A stretch of 62,494 nucleotides of DNA, the filler included, from Choristocarpus tenellus KU-1152 (lineage: Eukaryota; Protista; Phaeophyceae): NCBI GenBank assembly GCA_964200185.2. It is 13 parts of 13 records of this genome, joined end to end, with 100 filler letters (N's around TTAATTAATTAA, not from the genome) between each part and the next. Parts side by side here need not be neighbours in the genome. Positions count along the whole stretch, not along the records: positions 21,508 to 26,759 come from CAXNAD020011350.1; positions 26,860 to 31,461 come from CAXNAD020013836.1; positions 31,562 to 37,249 come from CAXNAD020010003.1; positions 37,350 to 40,138 come from CAXNAD020024741.1; positions 40,239 to 43,597 come from CAXNAD020020553.1; 8 more parts are not named here. The stretch is one strand, 5' to 3'. A program made the position numbers and the translations under genes. Below are positions 26,658 to 42,360 of this stretch, piece by piece (position 1 is the first letter of the stretch; each line of letters begins with the position of its first letter). Below the pieces are notes generated by a model. It saw only the letters and a program-made list of their open reading frames with translations. It made no database searches and was not told where the DNA came from.

Positions 26658-26692
<35 letters not shown>

Positions 26693-26859
26693 TTCTCCTC
26701 CCCTCAGCCCGCCACAAAGACACCAGCGGGCGGCAGCGCGTGGACGCGAAGAACAGTAGNNNNNNNNNNNNNNNNNNNNNNNNNNNNNNNNNNNNNNNNN
26801 NNNTTAATTAATTAANNNNNNNNNNNNNNNNNNNNNNNNNNNNNNNNNNNNNNNNNNNN

Positions 26860-26890
26860 ACCACCCTCCCCCCCCCAGATACTTTGACCC
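26860..26890. mobile_element. MITE-B terminus
   Basis: Poly-C followed by CAGATACTTTGACCC. Confidence 0.8.
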
Positions 26891-26979
26891 AATGGAGTAG
26901 AGTGTATTACACAGGGTAAGAAAGATGTCTTTAAATGCAAAAGTGTTCAAACCTGCATACCTCTCAATTGGTTTGAGTC
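26891..26979 (+). repeat. Dispersed repeat of about 90 bp; second copy at 44071-44161
   Basis: TAGAGTGTATT.CACA.GGTAAGAAAGATG...GCAAAAGTGTTCAAACCTGC...TGGTTTGRGTC in both. Confidence 0.85.
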
Positions 26980-27050
26980 TGTATTATTCATTAAGTAATG
27001 AGACCACTACCAACAATTGGACGGAAACGGGTACACATTTAAACAAAAAA

Positions 27051-27060
27051 TAGGCGGGAA
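27051..27060. promoter_or_regulatory. E2F-like site (GGCGGGAA) about 300 bp upstream of MCM6; a second TTGGCGGGAA lies at 27670-27679 in intron 1
   Basis: Motif seen directly. MCM genes are established E2F targets in animals and plants. Confidence 0.45.
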
Positions 27061-27358
27061 GGGGTGAGGGACGTGAAGAGAAGACAGGGGGCGTTACCCC
27101 TGTCAACATGGGGGTGAAAGCGCGTATAGGAAGATTTTAGCAGGGGTCTCATGAGATAGGACTCCATTATTCGTTATCCGACTCATTTTTACCTACTACA
27201 TCAATATTGCCCCAAAAATTGTTTCAATAAACATGCACACAGCTACAATAGCAGCCCAGAGCTCTTCAAAGATTACTCCTATAGCCCACAGGTCAAATTT
27301 TGAATTCAGCAATCACAAAGAAGCAGGGTGTCAGCCTGTCGACTTGGAGATTGCTGCC

Positions 27359-31169
<3,811 letters not shown>

Positions 31170-31209
31170 TAATCAAGTTTTTACTTGCATTGTGTATAGC
31201 ATGAGTTTT

Positions 31210-31240
<31 letters not shown>

Positions 31241-31561
31241 TTTTTGGGGGGGGAGGGGGAGGAGAGGAGATGCAGGATTTTGGGGGGAAGGTTTTGGTTC
31301 AGGGTGCTGCTGCTGTGTTATGTATTGAGTAATTCTCTTGATTGTGGTTTAGAAACCCTTTTAAAATATATTCATTTTCACTACTTAAAAAAAATAAATT
31401 ATGTAAAGGGTTTTGTGTGTATTAGACAGGCATTTTTGTTAAGGTTTGTGTGCCCCCCCCCNNNNNNNNNNNNNNNNNNNNNNNNNNNNNNNNNNNNNNN
31501 NNNNNTTAATTAATTAANNNNNNNNNNNNNNNNNNNNNNNNNNNNNNNNNNNNNNNNNNNN

Positions 31562-31601
31562 CAAATGGACAGCCGCCACCCCCTCCCAGATACTTTGAGC
31601 C
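31562..31601 (-). mobile_element. MITE-B terminus
   Basis: CAAATGGACAGCCGCCACCCCCTCCCAGATACTTTGAGCC. Confidence 0.85.
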
Positions 31602-32400
31602 TGTTACTTGGAAGTAACTGCTTCTATGTATCGCCTAACAGCACACTGATATCTTCCTGTGAATATTGGCTTGATCAGTATGACCTCAAAATCTACTTGT
31701 GTTGCGACAGATTCTGTCTTACAGCATATCCTAGAGGGGGCGGGTTGGGCATCCATTCAGGCCCTCTGTGACCCTGCGGAGATTTTCGTGTCATCTCAAC
31801 GAACATGTCAGATGTAAGGGCAACCTCCTTCATCTGGACGCACCAACACACCTTCCTTTACTATATCCCTACCCAGGCCAAATTTGAAGGAAGCTCGCTC
31901 ACAAAATGGGCATCAAACTGGGGTGTTTTACAACACCCCATCAATTCCCGAATAGACGACCTGATCTAACCCCCCTCCGCACTGTAGATACTATAGGCCT
32001 CTATCTGTCATCAGAATTCAAGTATGACTAATCATCAACTGACAGGGTAGGGGGAGCAATTGGGCAACTGATTGGAGGAATGAAGCACATTTTAAGGCGG
32101 GTTGTACATAGGGTAAGGTAAGGGTATCATTGAGCTGGAAAAATTTACTTTAAGTTAGCATGGAAAGTATGAAAAATATTTAAGGGTTAGGGTTACTCTA
32201 AGCAGGTCAAGAAAGAAAAGTAGCTGTGATATAGTGTGGACGGAGAACAGTATTTTCGAGGAACAGACTCCTACAGACAGTCAGAAAAGTAAGCCTTGCT
32301 CAGTATTTCTTCCTCTTGCTGGTATATAGGCGGAAAGCACTTGCTCTAAAGTGAACTGGTAACCCACACTAATCGCATCAACCTTGAAATGTGCTCCAGA

Positions 32401-32697
32401 CTATATGAAAACATGAAATATCAAAGTCATGAGTGTACAAATCCGAAAAGGGACGATAGACACTGCTTGTATCCAGCAAGACAAAGGTGGGTCATAGTTC
32501 TTACCGGAGACAGTGGTTCTGATTCGTTCGGCGGTCACTTTCGGTGATTTGTGGAAATCGAAGTTCTTGGGAAAGGTGAGTCCAATAAATAGGTTCCTCC
32601 GTTGAACTCCTCGATGCTGGAGAAAACTGGAGAAAGCTGACCCAAGGCAGCGTTCTGTGCCTATCTCGAAGAAAATAACCTTGCACCTCTTCTCCAA
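32401..32697 (-). mobile_element. Possible decayed LTR-retrotransposon integrase core fragment
   Basis: GTE..LGSAFSSFLQHRGVQ...SP..TAERIRTTV resembles the G.EF....F..FL...GI...P..NG.AER motif series. Confidence 0.35.
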
Positions 32698-34567
32698 GCA
32701 TCATCAACAACAGAATACTGAATATGAGAAAGAGCAAGAAGGCAGGCGATCAAGTATCAAATCGGAAATAACAAACCCGAGATCTGGCGGCATACTGAGT
32801 TCAACAAAGACTTGTGCTAGCATTCTCCTCTGCAATGTGAACTGAAATGAGTCTCACCCTTTCCACTCCCATTCTCCCAAAATAATATATTGAGTGAACA
32901 TGTACGATCAATTGCAGGCTTCTTCCTTTTCGTCCTTATAGATCAGTCACTCAAATGCCTGCTCTCTAAAACCGTGCCTCCTCAGATTTTGGCAGTAGTA
33001 CGATCTCGTATCAACACTTGGAGTACATAATTGAGTTCTTCAAAGATCTTTGACCTGCTGTCCTATTGACCCCCCCCAACAGACACGAAACTTATTTATG
33101 TTTTGGGGTTGAAAACCTTAGTTAGTCTACGGAAGGCACGAGCCCTGGTTGGTCCAGTGCAAACTATGCTCTTGTTTTCTGTAGAGTGAACGCAACTTTT
33201 CCCTCACCCGTTCTGCTATTGCGACCGCGAGGAGATCAGTAAGGCGTCCGCTGGAGGTAGCTGCTTGAAAGTGAATCCCAACTCGACATTGCTCTGTGAA
33301 GACTGACACCGCGCTGGTGTATTTGAATCCCCACATGACCGAGTGTCTAGAGGGTTTAAAATCAAGCTATTATGGAACTTGCTATCTGATACACCTATTA
33401 ATATCCTGGATTTGATTATGTAACTGTCTTGCGGTTCTGTGGTACTATTCGGTTGTTGCACGACATGCCTTTCAGTGATTAAAAACCAACAAAAGTCGCT
33501 CAGGGTGGGGGTGGGTGGGGACCTGTCGTCGTTGCACGTATTGCACTCCTTCTTAGCAAGGGTGCGTCATGCTCGAACTAGCCCACGTTGGGTAGTTGAT
33601 AGCGATGTGGAGATTATTTCACGTCGCACAACACAGCAAAAGTCGAGTTTCGTTTAGTTACTTCACCTTCTTCTTCTGTGGTTGTGTTTTCATTTTATTT
33701 TTATGATTCTGGATTATTTCTGTCATCTATCATAAGTGATACAATAGTTTCATCTTCTTACTCTTCACTTGCTATTTGTATGCGCAGCATTATTGAAGGA
33801 GTACACCTCTCAAAGGCAAATTGCAAGGAGTTCTAGTCATCTTGTCATCATGAAGAGTGACCAAAAACACCCAAATTGTGCACACCTGTGTTGGTGGGGA
33901 TGCAAGTGCGGCAGATAACTGGTTTTTGGGTCACATTGTTCCAAATACTTCATCACGATGCATCGAAGTCCCACCATTTAGCGGATCATGTCTTTAGGGA
34001 TGGCTGCATATTTCTCGTGTAAAGAGGGGCATCAACACCAACAACTACCTTTCCTTCCTCCTTGTAGTTCCGGTAGGTCGGACATCATTTTTATGTTTGT
34101 TTCCTTGCTTGTTGGGCTTGTGTTTACGGACTCTATCTATGCTGCACACGTACAGCCTTCTTAGAAGAGGTTTATCCCAAACCCAAATCTTAGCTACAAG
34201 AAAGTATAGCTAATCGCTCATGAGGTCAAGACTGCAGTAGGCAGTACAGCAACCATGACTGGATTTTAACAATGGGGTACTACTGCACTGCATCCTTTGT
34301 TTTAAAAAAATGCTACAGTTTTTTATTTTATTTTGAGGGTTATCCAATAGGCAGGCAGTGTACAATCGAGGAACAAAAATATATATACACACACAATAAT
34401 GAAGAATAGTTGCAACTAATATGAAGTTCCAAACCAAGACCACTTCCACCACAGTACTTGCAACTTGTACAAATTGTGAAGCTCAGATGGTTAGTAGAAA
34501 GCTGTGCGCAACGAGAAGTATTATGTGCGGATGCTATCAACATCCTGGATTTTTAACAATCACAAAT

Positions 34568-34826
34568 GAGCCAAAGTATCTTAGAGGGTAGGGCCGCGTC
34601 CATTTGGGGACCAAAATCCAATGTTGCGATTTCAATGTAATTTCGGTTATCCTGTTTGTCAGGACATGTTAATATTCTTGTTCCGGACACACCTTTTCCT
34701 AACATAAACATTTTAACTACTCCGACACATTCTGGAGTAGGAAAATGTCGTAAAAAACCACATGGGAAGCCAGGCCCCAAATGGACAAACAGAGCAAAAC
34801 TCGTACCCTCTAAGATACTTTCACTC
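34568..34826 (+). mobile_element. MITE-A, complete (259 bp), TSD AAAT/AAAC
   Basis: GAGCCAAAGTATCTTAGAGGGTA...TACCCTCTAAGATACTTTCACTC. Confidence 0.95.
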
Positions 34827-35475
34827 AAACACCCTGAAAATATGCCCATCACTGTGAAGTCGCAGCATTCCTCTGCACAAGCTAAAACAATCCCCTGCGA
34901 TATACTTTGTAGTAGGATGTATGCCACCATGCAATAAACACACTGGTACTAATACTATCAGTGACATCCATCACACTTGCTATGGTGTGCACAAGGATAA
35001 TAACCCCACAGAACTAAAAGCTAGATCAAAGCGCACACCAAGATTTGTTGTCAGGAAGGACCACTTAGTTACAGGACACACACCCTGATCACCTAAAGAG
35101 GAAGTTCTTGAAGTAGCCCTGAGACTGTTGAGCTATTCTCAACCACAAGTGGGATATAAGCAGATATGCTTAAGGCGTCCAGCTTGAGCTCCCTATTTAT
35201 ATGGGCAAGTTTAGACAAAACCAAAATTCAGATGACAGTGCTAAAAGGATTCAAGCGCCCTGAAATACTCTTCACTCTCAAAGAAATGATCGTCCAAACA
35301 GCACCAGCTACAATTTACACTATCAAACTAATCTATGTAAAATCTTCATCAAAGCAAAGTCTGTGACTCTTCCTGCACTACGTGTGGTACTTCACAATAC
35401 ATCTTTCAAACTATGTATACACATGATAACACATTCCAAGGGCGAGAACATCGTCACGTAACCAATTACATAACT

Positions 35476-37071
35476 CTATGAAATCACGAGGGCAGCTGCC
35501 CTTCCCACTCCATTCCCGCTCTCATCTGACACCATCCCCCTCGCCTCACCCACTCCAGTAAAATCCGTGGAGTGCATTAACTTCTCCGCCCTAAGCACCA
35601 GGTGCTTTGCCACAGGTAGAATAGGTTGAGCAGAGAAGAGACCTTGTCGGAAATGCCCACCCCTGCACCCAACTCCCCCAGCACTCCTATCCCTGCCGTT
35701 GCTTCTAGTCTTGTCACCTCCTCCTCCTCCTCCTCCTCCTTCTCCTCCTCCCTCATATCCCATTTCCCAGCCCTCAAGAGTATCCCTCTTCCCATCATTG
35801 ACCTCTCTCTCTGGAGTGTAATTACATGCCCAGGAAGAGCTTGCTGGCGGAGGGTCTGTTGCAGTAATTCGATTCATTTCCTGGATGGTTGGGCTACAAA
35901 CACTTCCATCAGGAGAGTGGTCGTTGCCTGTGAGGTCTACCCAATGGGTGGTATTTTGACAGCAGACAAGGGGGGAGGAGTCAAGAGGTTTGTCACAGAG
36001 AGGGGAAGCACACAGATAAGTAGGAGGTAAGCTTGGTTGAAGTTTCAACGCACAGCTTTCAAATGAGACAAAAAGCACCGAACCCCCCCCCCAATGAGTA
36101 CCAACCAAGTAACCAAGTGGAGTATACCCCTTTCAGAGAGATGCGACAGTAGTGTCGGTAATAACGAACGCTAGAGTAGTACCGCAAATGTTACGATCCC
36201 ACCACTTCTTCTACTGCATTGTGAGAACATTACTTCAAGTGCGAGATGGAGCACTGATTGAGGGTACAAGGCAAATGAAACGAGATGAGACAAGTTTTGA
36301 TTACCAAGGCAGTTCACATCCGGTGTCTCAGCCTTTGCTGCTCCTGGTACCCTCAATTCAACCTCGCAAGCTCCGTTCCCGAGCTTTGGTGATGGGAGCA
36401 CACTGTAGTGGAAGATGTACTCAAATGCTCCGTGGTCAGCTGCAGAAATAGGGAACGGTGGGTGGGGTGGTCTTTTGTGATTCACCCCCTACAGAATTTT
36501 TAGCATGGGAGAGCATTTTAGGAATAATGGATTCAGGACCACGCCTAGAACGCCCCGAGTGAGTGGCATCAATACCCGCGTTTCACCCCATAAATGAGTA
36601 GGAGAGTCAGTGCAGACTGATCCCTTCTGTTTAACAATATATGTATATACATATATACACACATACGGTTGGTTAGAGGTAACAAGTCACACAGTACGAA
36701 AACAGTCAACCAATCAAATCACAACAAAAGCTCCACTCACTCATCCCGCCACGTACATACACACAAAGGAGGACTTCTACCAGACAGCACAAAAAGACAA
36801 TCCCAGTTGCAAAGTCACTTGCAGAGACAGCCACCTCGACCTACAGATAGTCCAAAGAGCACCGTGCGCACGCACACCTCTAAAACAGTAGTAGCTACAG
36901 ATAATATATAAAACAGCAGCGGTCAAGCTACATCTTCGGAGACCTCACCAGTCCGGGCAAGGGCGAGAATCATCCGCTGAGACCTTCCTGGGCACTCAAA
37001 GACACCTCCCGATGACACAGCCCGAGACACTGTGGCTCCCTCGACAGGCGCCAAGGTTAAGCGAAGGCGTG
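35476..37071 (-). CDS. Partial gene of unknown function, three exons
   Basis: Exons 37071-36949, 36439-36305 and 35927-35476 all join in phase 1 through GT-AG: RLRLTLAPVEGATV..MILALART / DHGAFEYIFHYSVLP..VNCL / Gly-rich tail. No domain recognised. Confidence 0.6.
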
Positions 37072-37349
37072 CTGGTTGACCAGGCCTTAGGGTTAGGGCA
37101 GAAAATAGAGCAGCATAGTTCGGTCACGATGGCAAGAAGGACAAGGACGATGACTGTGGAAGGCACGGAAGAGGCAGCAAGAGGCAGTAAGAGGGAGGAC
37201 TGGGAAGGCAAGGAGTGGGTGGGTGGGTGGGAGGGAGGGAGGGAGGGAGNNNNNNNNNNNNNNNNNNNNNNNNNNNNNNNNNNNNNNNNNNNNTTAATTA
37301 ATTAANNNNNNNNNNNNNNNNNNNNNNNNNNNNNNNNNNNNNNNNNNNN

Positions 37350-38068
37350 GGGGGCAGCGCATTGGGGGTCATGAGGAAAGGAGCCGCCTCTTCAGTGTTG
37401 TCGATTCCTCCACCGCCGTACTTTCAAGTAGCTGACGAGTTTGCAAGCTTGGAAACAGCCGCCGAAGAAGAGTGCAGCATGAAGGAGGATTTGAGCTATC
37501 TCTGGAAAGCAAAGCTGGCTTTGCTCAGAGCAATCGGGGCAAGGCCAATCAAACAAGCGGATATATCCGCAATTTTTTTTTATCATCGAATAAGTTGTTT
37601 TACTCAGTGTGTGCGCGATGGGAGGTTATGGTGGTGCAGCTGCATTTTATCCACGGTGGCGTTTTTGATGCTTTATTGTATAATATCCTTGTAGAGTGCA
37701 ATTGAATACGTAGAGCAGGGCATTGGAGGGAGATTGACTTTGAACACGTTGTTGACTTGATTTGAAGTGCGAGCCGTCTATCCAGACATCCAACGGCTTG
37801 CGGATGCTTTTCTTGGGAAGGTGTACTATGTATATGAGTGAATGGCTCAAAGTATCTGGGGGTGGGGGGGTTGTGACTGTCCATTGAGGGCTCATTTTTT
37901 CACGTCGTGATTTTGGTGTGATTTGGTTGCATGCGTCAGATGGATAATGTAAGTGTACTTCTCCTGTTAAGGGCCCAAATGCACACCTTGGTGTAGACCC
38001 TCTCCCCACCCCAGATATTTTTAGCCAATACTTTGGAATGAGTGTAATTTACCAAAGTTTCAGTACTG
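37350..38068 (+). mobile_element. 3' end of a pogo/Tigger-like DNA transposon (transposase C-terminus and possible TIR ending ...CAGTACTG|TA)
   Basis: PPPPYFQVADEFASLETAAEE...LWKAKLALLRAIGARPIKQADISAIFF, with a terminal Q-x-x-I-x-x-F(F)-like motif typical of pogo transposases. Confidence 0.5.
37844..38026 (+). mobile_element. MITE-B, complete (183 bp), flanked by AAT/AAT
   Basis: GGCTCAAAGTATCTGGGGG...CCCCAGATATTTTTAGCC. Confidence 0.9.
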
Positions 38069-38523
38069 TATGTTAAAGTATCGCCCAAATTATCAAAAAT
38101 AATAAAGGTGATAAACCCAGGAAGATTGCTTGATATTTGTAGAGTGATTGATTAACGTTAAGTGGGGCATGCAGCACCCCATAAATCAGAAATATTTCCT
38201 TTTATTACATGAGAAATGTTCTCATGTAGCTACTCACTAATAAATGGTTCTGATAACTTAAATCACTAATGATTGTTCTCTTACTCCATATACAGTTTAC
38301 CACAACTGTCCGATAGAGTTGGAAGAATCTAATCAAACACTGTATATACATATGACACTGGTATACTGTGCAGGGGTGGTGTAGATGTGGCTCTTGGTAT
38401 ACCACCACAGCTTCATTGAAATGGGCTCACCGAGGTCAATGTTCAATACATATCTACAATGAAACTACTCTTGAAGGCACATGGGAAGCACATGCAGCAA
38501 GGGCGTCACTCTATCGTCGTTCA

Positions 38524-38706
38524 GGCTCAAAGTTATCTGGAGAGGGGGGGTGGCAGCTGTCCATTTGGGGCCAATTTTTTCATGTCGCGATTTTTACGTG
38601 ATTTGGTTGCATTCGGCGGATGGAGAATGCAAGTGCACTTTTCCTGGTTATGGTCCAAAATGGACACCCCGCTGTAGACTCCCCCCCCACACAGATACTT
38701 TGGGTC
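38524..38706 (+). mobile_element. MITE-B, complete (183 bp), flanked by TCA/TCA
   Basis: GGCTCAAAGTTATCTGG...CAGATACTTTGGGTC. Confidence 0.9.
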
Positions 38707-40719
38707 TCATCGACAAGTATAAAGGGATTACAAGTAGTGTTTGCTTGAAGTAACATAGGTTTCTCTTATCACGATCCCTCGTAAGTAAGAGAGGATCGGG
38801 GGATATAAGAGAGTTTTTTTTGCTTGACCCTACCCTAACCCTAACCCTTTCTTATATACGTACATCTCCTGTAGTGGTTGAACACCACCTCTGTCTGAAT
38901 CGTATGATACGTACGGCGTACGTTACCTTTCGTGTTAAAGATTAAAAAAATCCCAAGTACAATATACTATTTCCAATGTACATCATTTGAAAAGCGGTTA
39001 GGTGTTTGTTGAGGGTTTCTTTCCCACATTGAACAAAAAAATCTGGTCCTTCTGTTGCCTTGCCCTTGCGATTTGGTTCAAGATCTACGTGGAGAAGCGC
39101 ACAATAAATGTCGCTTGAGGCGGCAGGGAAAGAGCTGGAGCGGCTGGAGAGGAGGATCCTGGGCACGGTGAGAGGAACTTTACGACCATTTCTTTGATCT
39201 CTTTGATGTAGCGTGGTCTCCACATGGTGCTCGCAATTTAGGCTCCCATCCTCTAGAGACAAGGAACACAAAGCAACACCGATCCGTTCTCTTTTGGTCC
39301 ATTTGTGCAGGGAGAGGGCGACTTGTCTAGCAATGGGGGAATTTGCGGCAGCTGGCTTCAGGAGAAGCATGCGGTTAGGGGAACTGGAGAAGCAAGAGGA
39401 GGATTGACCTCCAATGCGTTCTCGTCTTCCATGAAGAGAGGAGAGATCTATGCAGCCAGCAGGAGGGAAGGATCTCCCACTAGAGTGCACCTTCGCCGTA
39501 CGGGTGTGTCATTGCGAATATGGTCGATGGTATGGGGATGTTGGGGAGGGTCGAAGTTTGGGAGCTGTGCTAGCGCTGGAGCAAAAAGTTGAAAGCCTCT
39601 CCTTCTATTGCTTGCTGTTCTTTTGCACATTTCTCTGTCTTAGCTTGGTATAGGAGAGATCGCACTGATTGATATGATTACGGTTAATGAATTTGGCAGC
39701 GATCCCTTCTACGTAGTTGGATGCTGACAACCTGATGAATTCGCGTCGTTGGCCATTGTGGAAATCCCTGGGATGAAATATCAACCTTGTACACCACCAT
39801 CTACTGATTGATTAGTCGATTGAGTGAGGGAAGAAAACTTGACCAGAGGGTGACCCACTTGTGTCATGAAAGTTCAAAGGCGCTTGTGTGATAACGTTGC
39901 AGAGTTGGAGGTGTAGATTGGCAAGCCGACAATCAATGACCCACGATGGAGAAGGTAGCATCATCAACAGATGCCATAATATTTCCAAAAATTGCATCGT
40001 TTTTTAAGCTGAGACCATGGCAATAGGAGTGATGTATATTTTCACAGTGCAAGGTTGGCAAGGCAACCTACAGTTTGCCTTTGTGCATCTAAATTATGAG
40101 GGAAAGCAGCAAGAGGTTACACCATGTAGATGGAAGGGNNNNNNNNNNNNNNNNNNNNNNNNNNNNNNNNNNNNNNNNNNNNTTAATTAATTAANNNNNN
40201 NNNNNNNNNNNNNNNNNNNNNNNNNNNNNNNNNNNNNNGAGGGGGGGGGGGGGAATGGGAGTGGCTTGCTCCAGGAGGTTTGATATAATGCACTACCATA
40301 CTAGTTGTTGTTATTGACGTGGACCATCAAGGGTATGTGCAGGGTGTTCTTTTCGTTCAACAGAAAAGACACATACAGGCAGATGTATAGACACATAATA
40401 GATATAGATACAGACACAGACACGGACACAGACACACACACTCAAAAATTGCAACTCAGAAGGGTCTACCCGGAGCGCCCTCCGAATGTGATCGCATCAA
40501 CCTCCATAATCACTCACGGTAGACACAAGAGTCAGACCTCCTGGAGAGCTCTAAATCAGGACCTTTCACCTCTAACACACGTAACGCCAAAAAAGTGATC
40601 TCTCCACACTGGTACGGAATTATCGATGCTATAGTCAGAGATTTCCTTTACACATCTCCTCAAGCTCTAAATCGAGGTTCTTTACCTCTGACAGAGCAAC
40701 AGAAATATGGAATATTGAT

Positions 40720-40967
40720 GGGTCAAAGTATCTGGGGGGGGTTGGCGGCTGTCCATTTGGGGTCAATTTTTTCATGTCGAAATTTTTGGGTGATTTGGTT
40801 CCATAAATCGGATGGATAACGAAAGTGCACTTTTCCTGGTTTTGGTCCAAAATGGACACTCTGGTGTAGTCTCTTCTTCCTCCCCTCCCTCCCCTGCCAT
40901 GTTTCTTCAGACGGGTGGCGCGTGTGTCCCTCCCCCCCCCCCCCCCCCCCCCGAGATACTTTGGGTC
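40720..40967 (+). mobile_element. MITE-B, complete, TSD TGAT
   Basis: GGGTCAAAGTATCTGGGGGG...CCCGAGATACTTTGGGTC. Confidence 0.92.
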
Positions 40968-41511
40968 TGATGTTCGGGCAAGAGTGCTCGACATCACATC
41001 TCATGTCCAAAAGATGAGTCCAACTAGATGGAAAACTATCACATACGATCTTTGCCATTCCATATCGAACTTTATGACTGCATTTACTCTCCCTCATCTT
41101 CTCCAGTCACTCTTGATCCTGCTGCCGACCCCCACCCATTTCTCCATTTTGACCTACCTATTGGGTTTTTGCTGAGGGGTCCTGTAAATACCTACTTACT
41201 ACGACAAAGAACACAGCAATACCCTTCCTGTATCATTTGTTGCATATCTTGCACTTCTGCTAGGAGACACACCCCTGGCCACTGGGGAACAAGAGAGGTG
41301 TTGACAGATTCCTAGGATTGCTCCTAGTCTTTAGATCCCCTTCAACTAGTTCTATGCTTGAAGAACACTTTTGGTAAAAGAGAAGCACTCCATTTATCAC
41401 TGAGTGGGTGCTCTGTCTCTAACTAGTCTCTTTAGAGGAATGGCTGGAAGATAAATTAACTAGAGGGACACCTGCCTAGCGCGTATCAGTGCATCTATAT
41501 TTCAATCTCAC

Positions 41512-42360
41512 CTCTCTCCTGTTCCCAGTCGGATCGATGTAGGCGCTCTCGCAGTAGTCTACCACCTGCAAAGGCAAACATTGCAGTTACGTAGCACAGC
41601 GTTACAAAACTACAGCAAATGATGCATCTACAAGTTGCAATAGGTTGTCTTCGCTGTTGGGGTAACCTGTACCGAGCATGGGTCCTTCGAATTAATATAA
41701 GAGGATTCGCCACCCAAGGTCAGAAAACGGGATACAGTCAACTTTTAAGACACAGTAACACATAATTCAGCATGAAATAGAGGGGAATACTTCAGATACA
41801 TGTGCCTGGCGTGTGTTACCACGGAGACATCGTTTGGGGTAGTAAGGTTCAACACTAGCACCTGCACCATTTAAAAGTAGCTAATGGGAGAAACGTAATA
41901 AGGGAGGTGAGGCACAAGAAGAAGACCAAACCCAATACGAGACAACTTCAAATGAAGTATCGCGTAGAATCGAAGTGTTCACCCGATGTAGAGAGGTACC
42001 ACATCTCCGATTTTCCCAACGTATGAGTGATCCCATGCTCACGACCATAATCTTTGCCAGGTACAAGTTATAAGAACCGGTCTCAATACGATCAACAATC
42101 GGTTTGATGAGATGATGGAAGATACTACGCTGGCATAGACTGGAAATGACCTGAAAAATGTCGCAGCAAGGAGCCATACACGGAAGAGCAGCAACGCCGA
42201 GACACAAGTTTGGGGGGCAACAGAATCTAAAAAAGGATAGATCAATCACATGACATACTTGATCCACGTGTCCCCGTTTGAGCCCGAGCTCATCCAAAGA
42301 TGTCTTCAAGCTCCCATTAGGACCTCCAAGACGTCGAAGTTGTTCGGCGGCATCCCCCAT
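41512..42360 (-). CDS. ABI/ABIL-like subunit of the SCAR/WAVE complex, first two exons
   Basis: Exons 42360-42259 and 41565-41512 (phase 0) give MGDAAEQLRRLGGPNGSLKTSLDELGLKRGHVDQVVDYCESAYIDPTGNRRE. This matches the ABI N-terminal pattern L..L.......V..YCE..Y. Confidence 0.7.

Noticed and set aside
39050-39650. ORFs of up to 182 aa, vaguely like a LINE C-terminus
   Set aside because: No RT, Zn-knuckle or endonuclease motif could be confirmed.
39732-39780. CTGATGA...GAAA as a hammerhead ribozyme core
   Set aside because: No convincing stems I-III.
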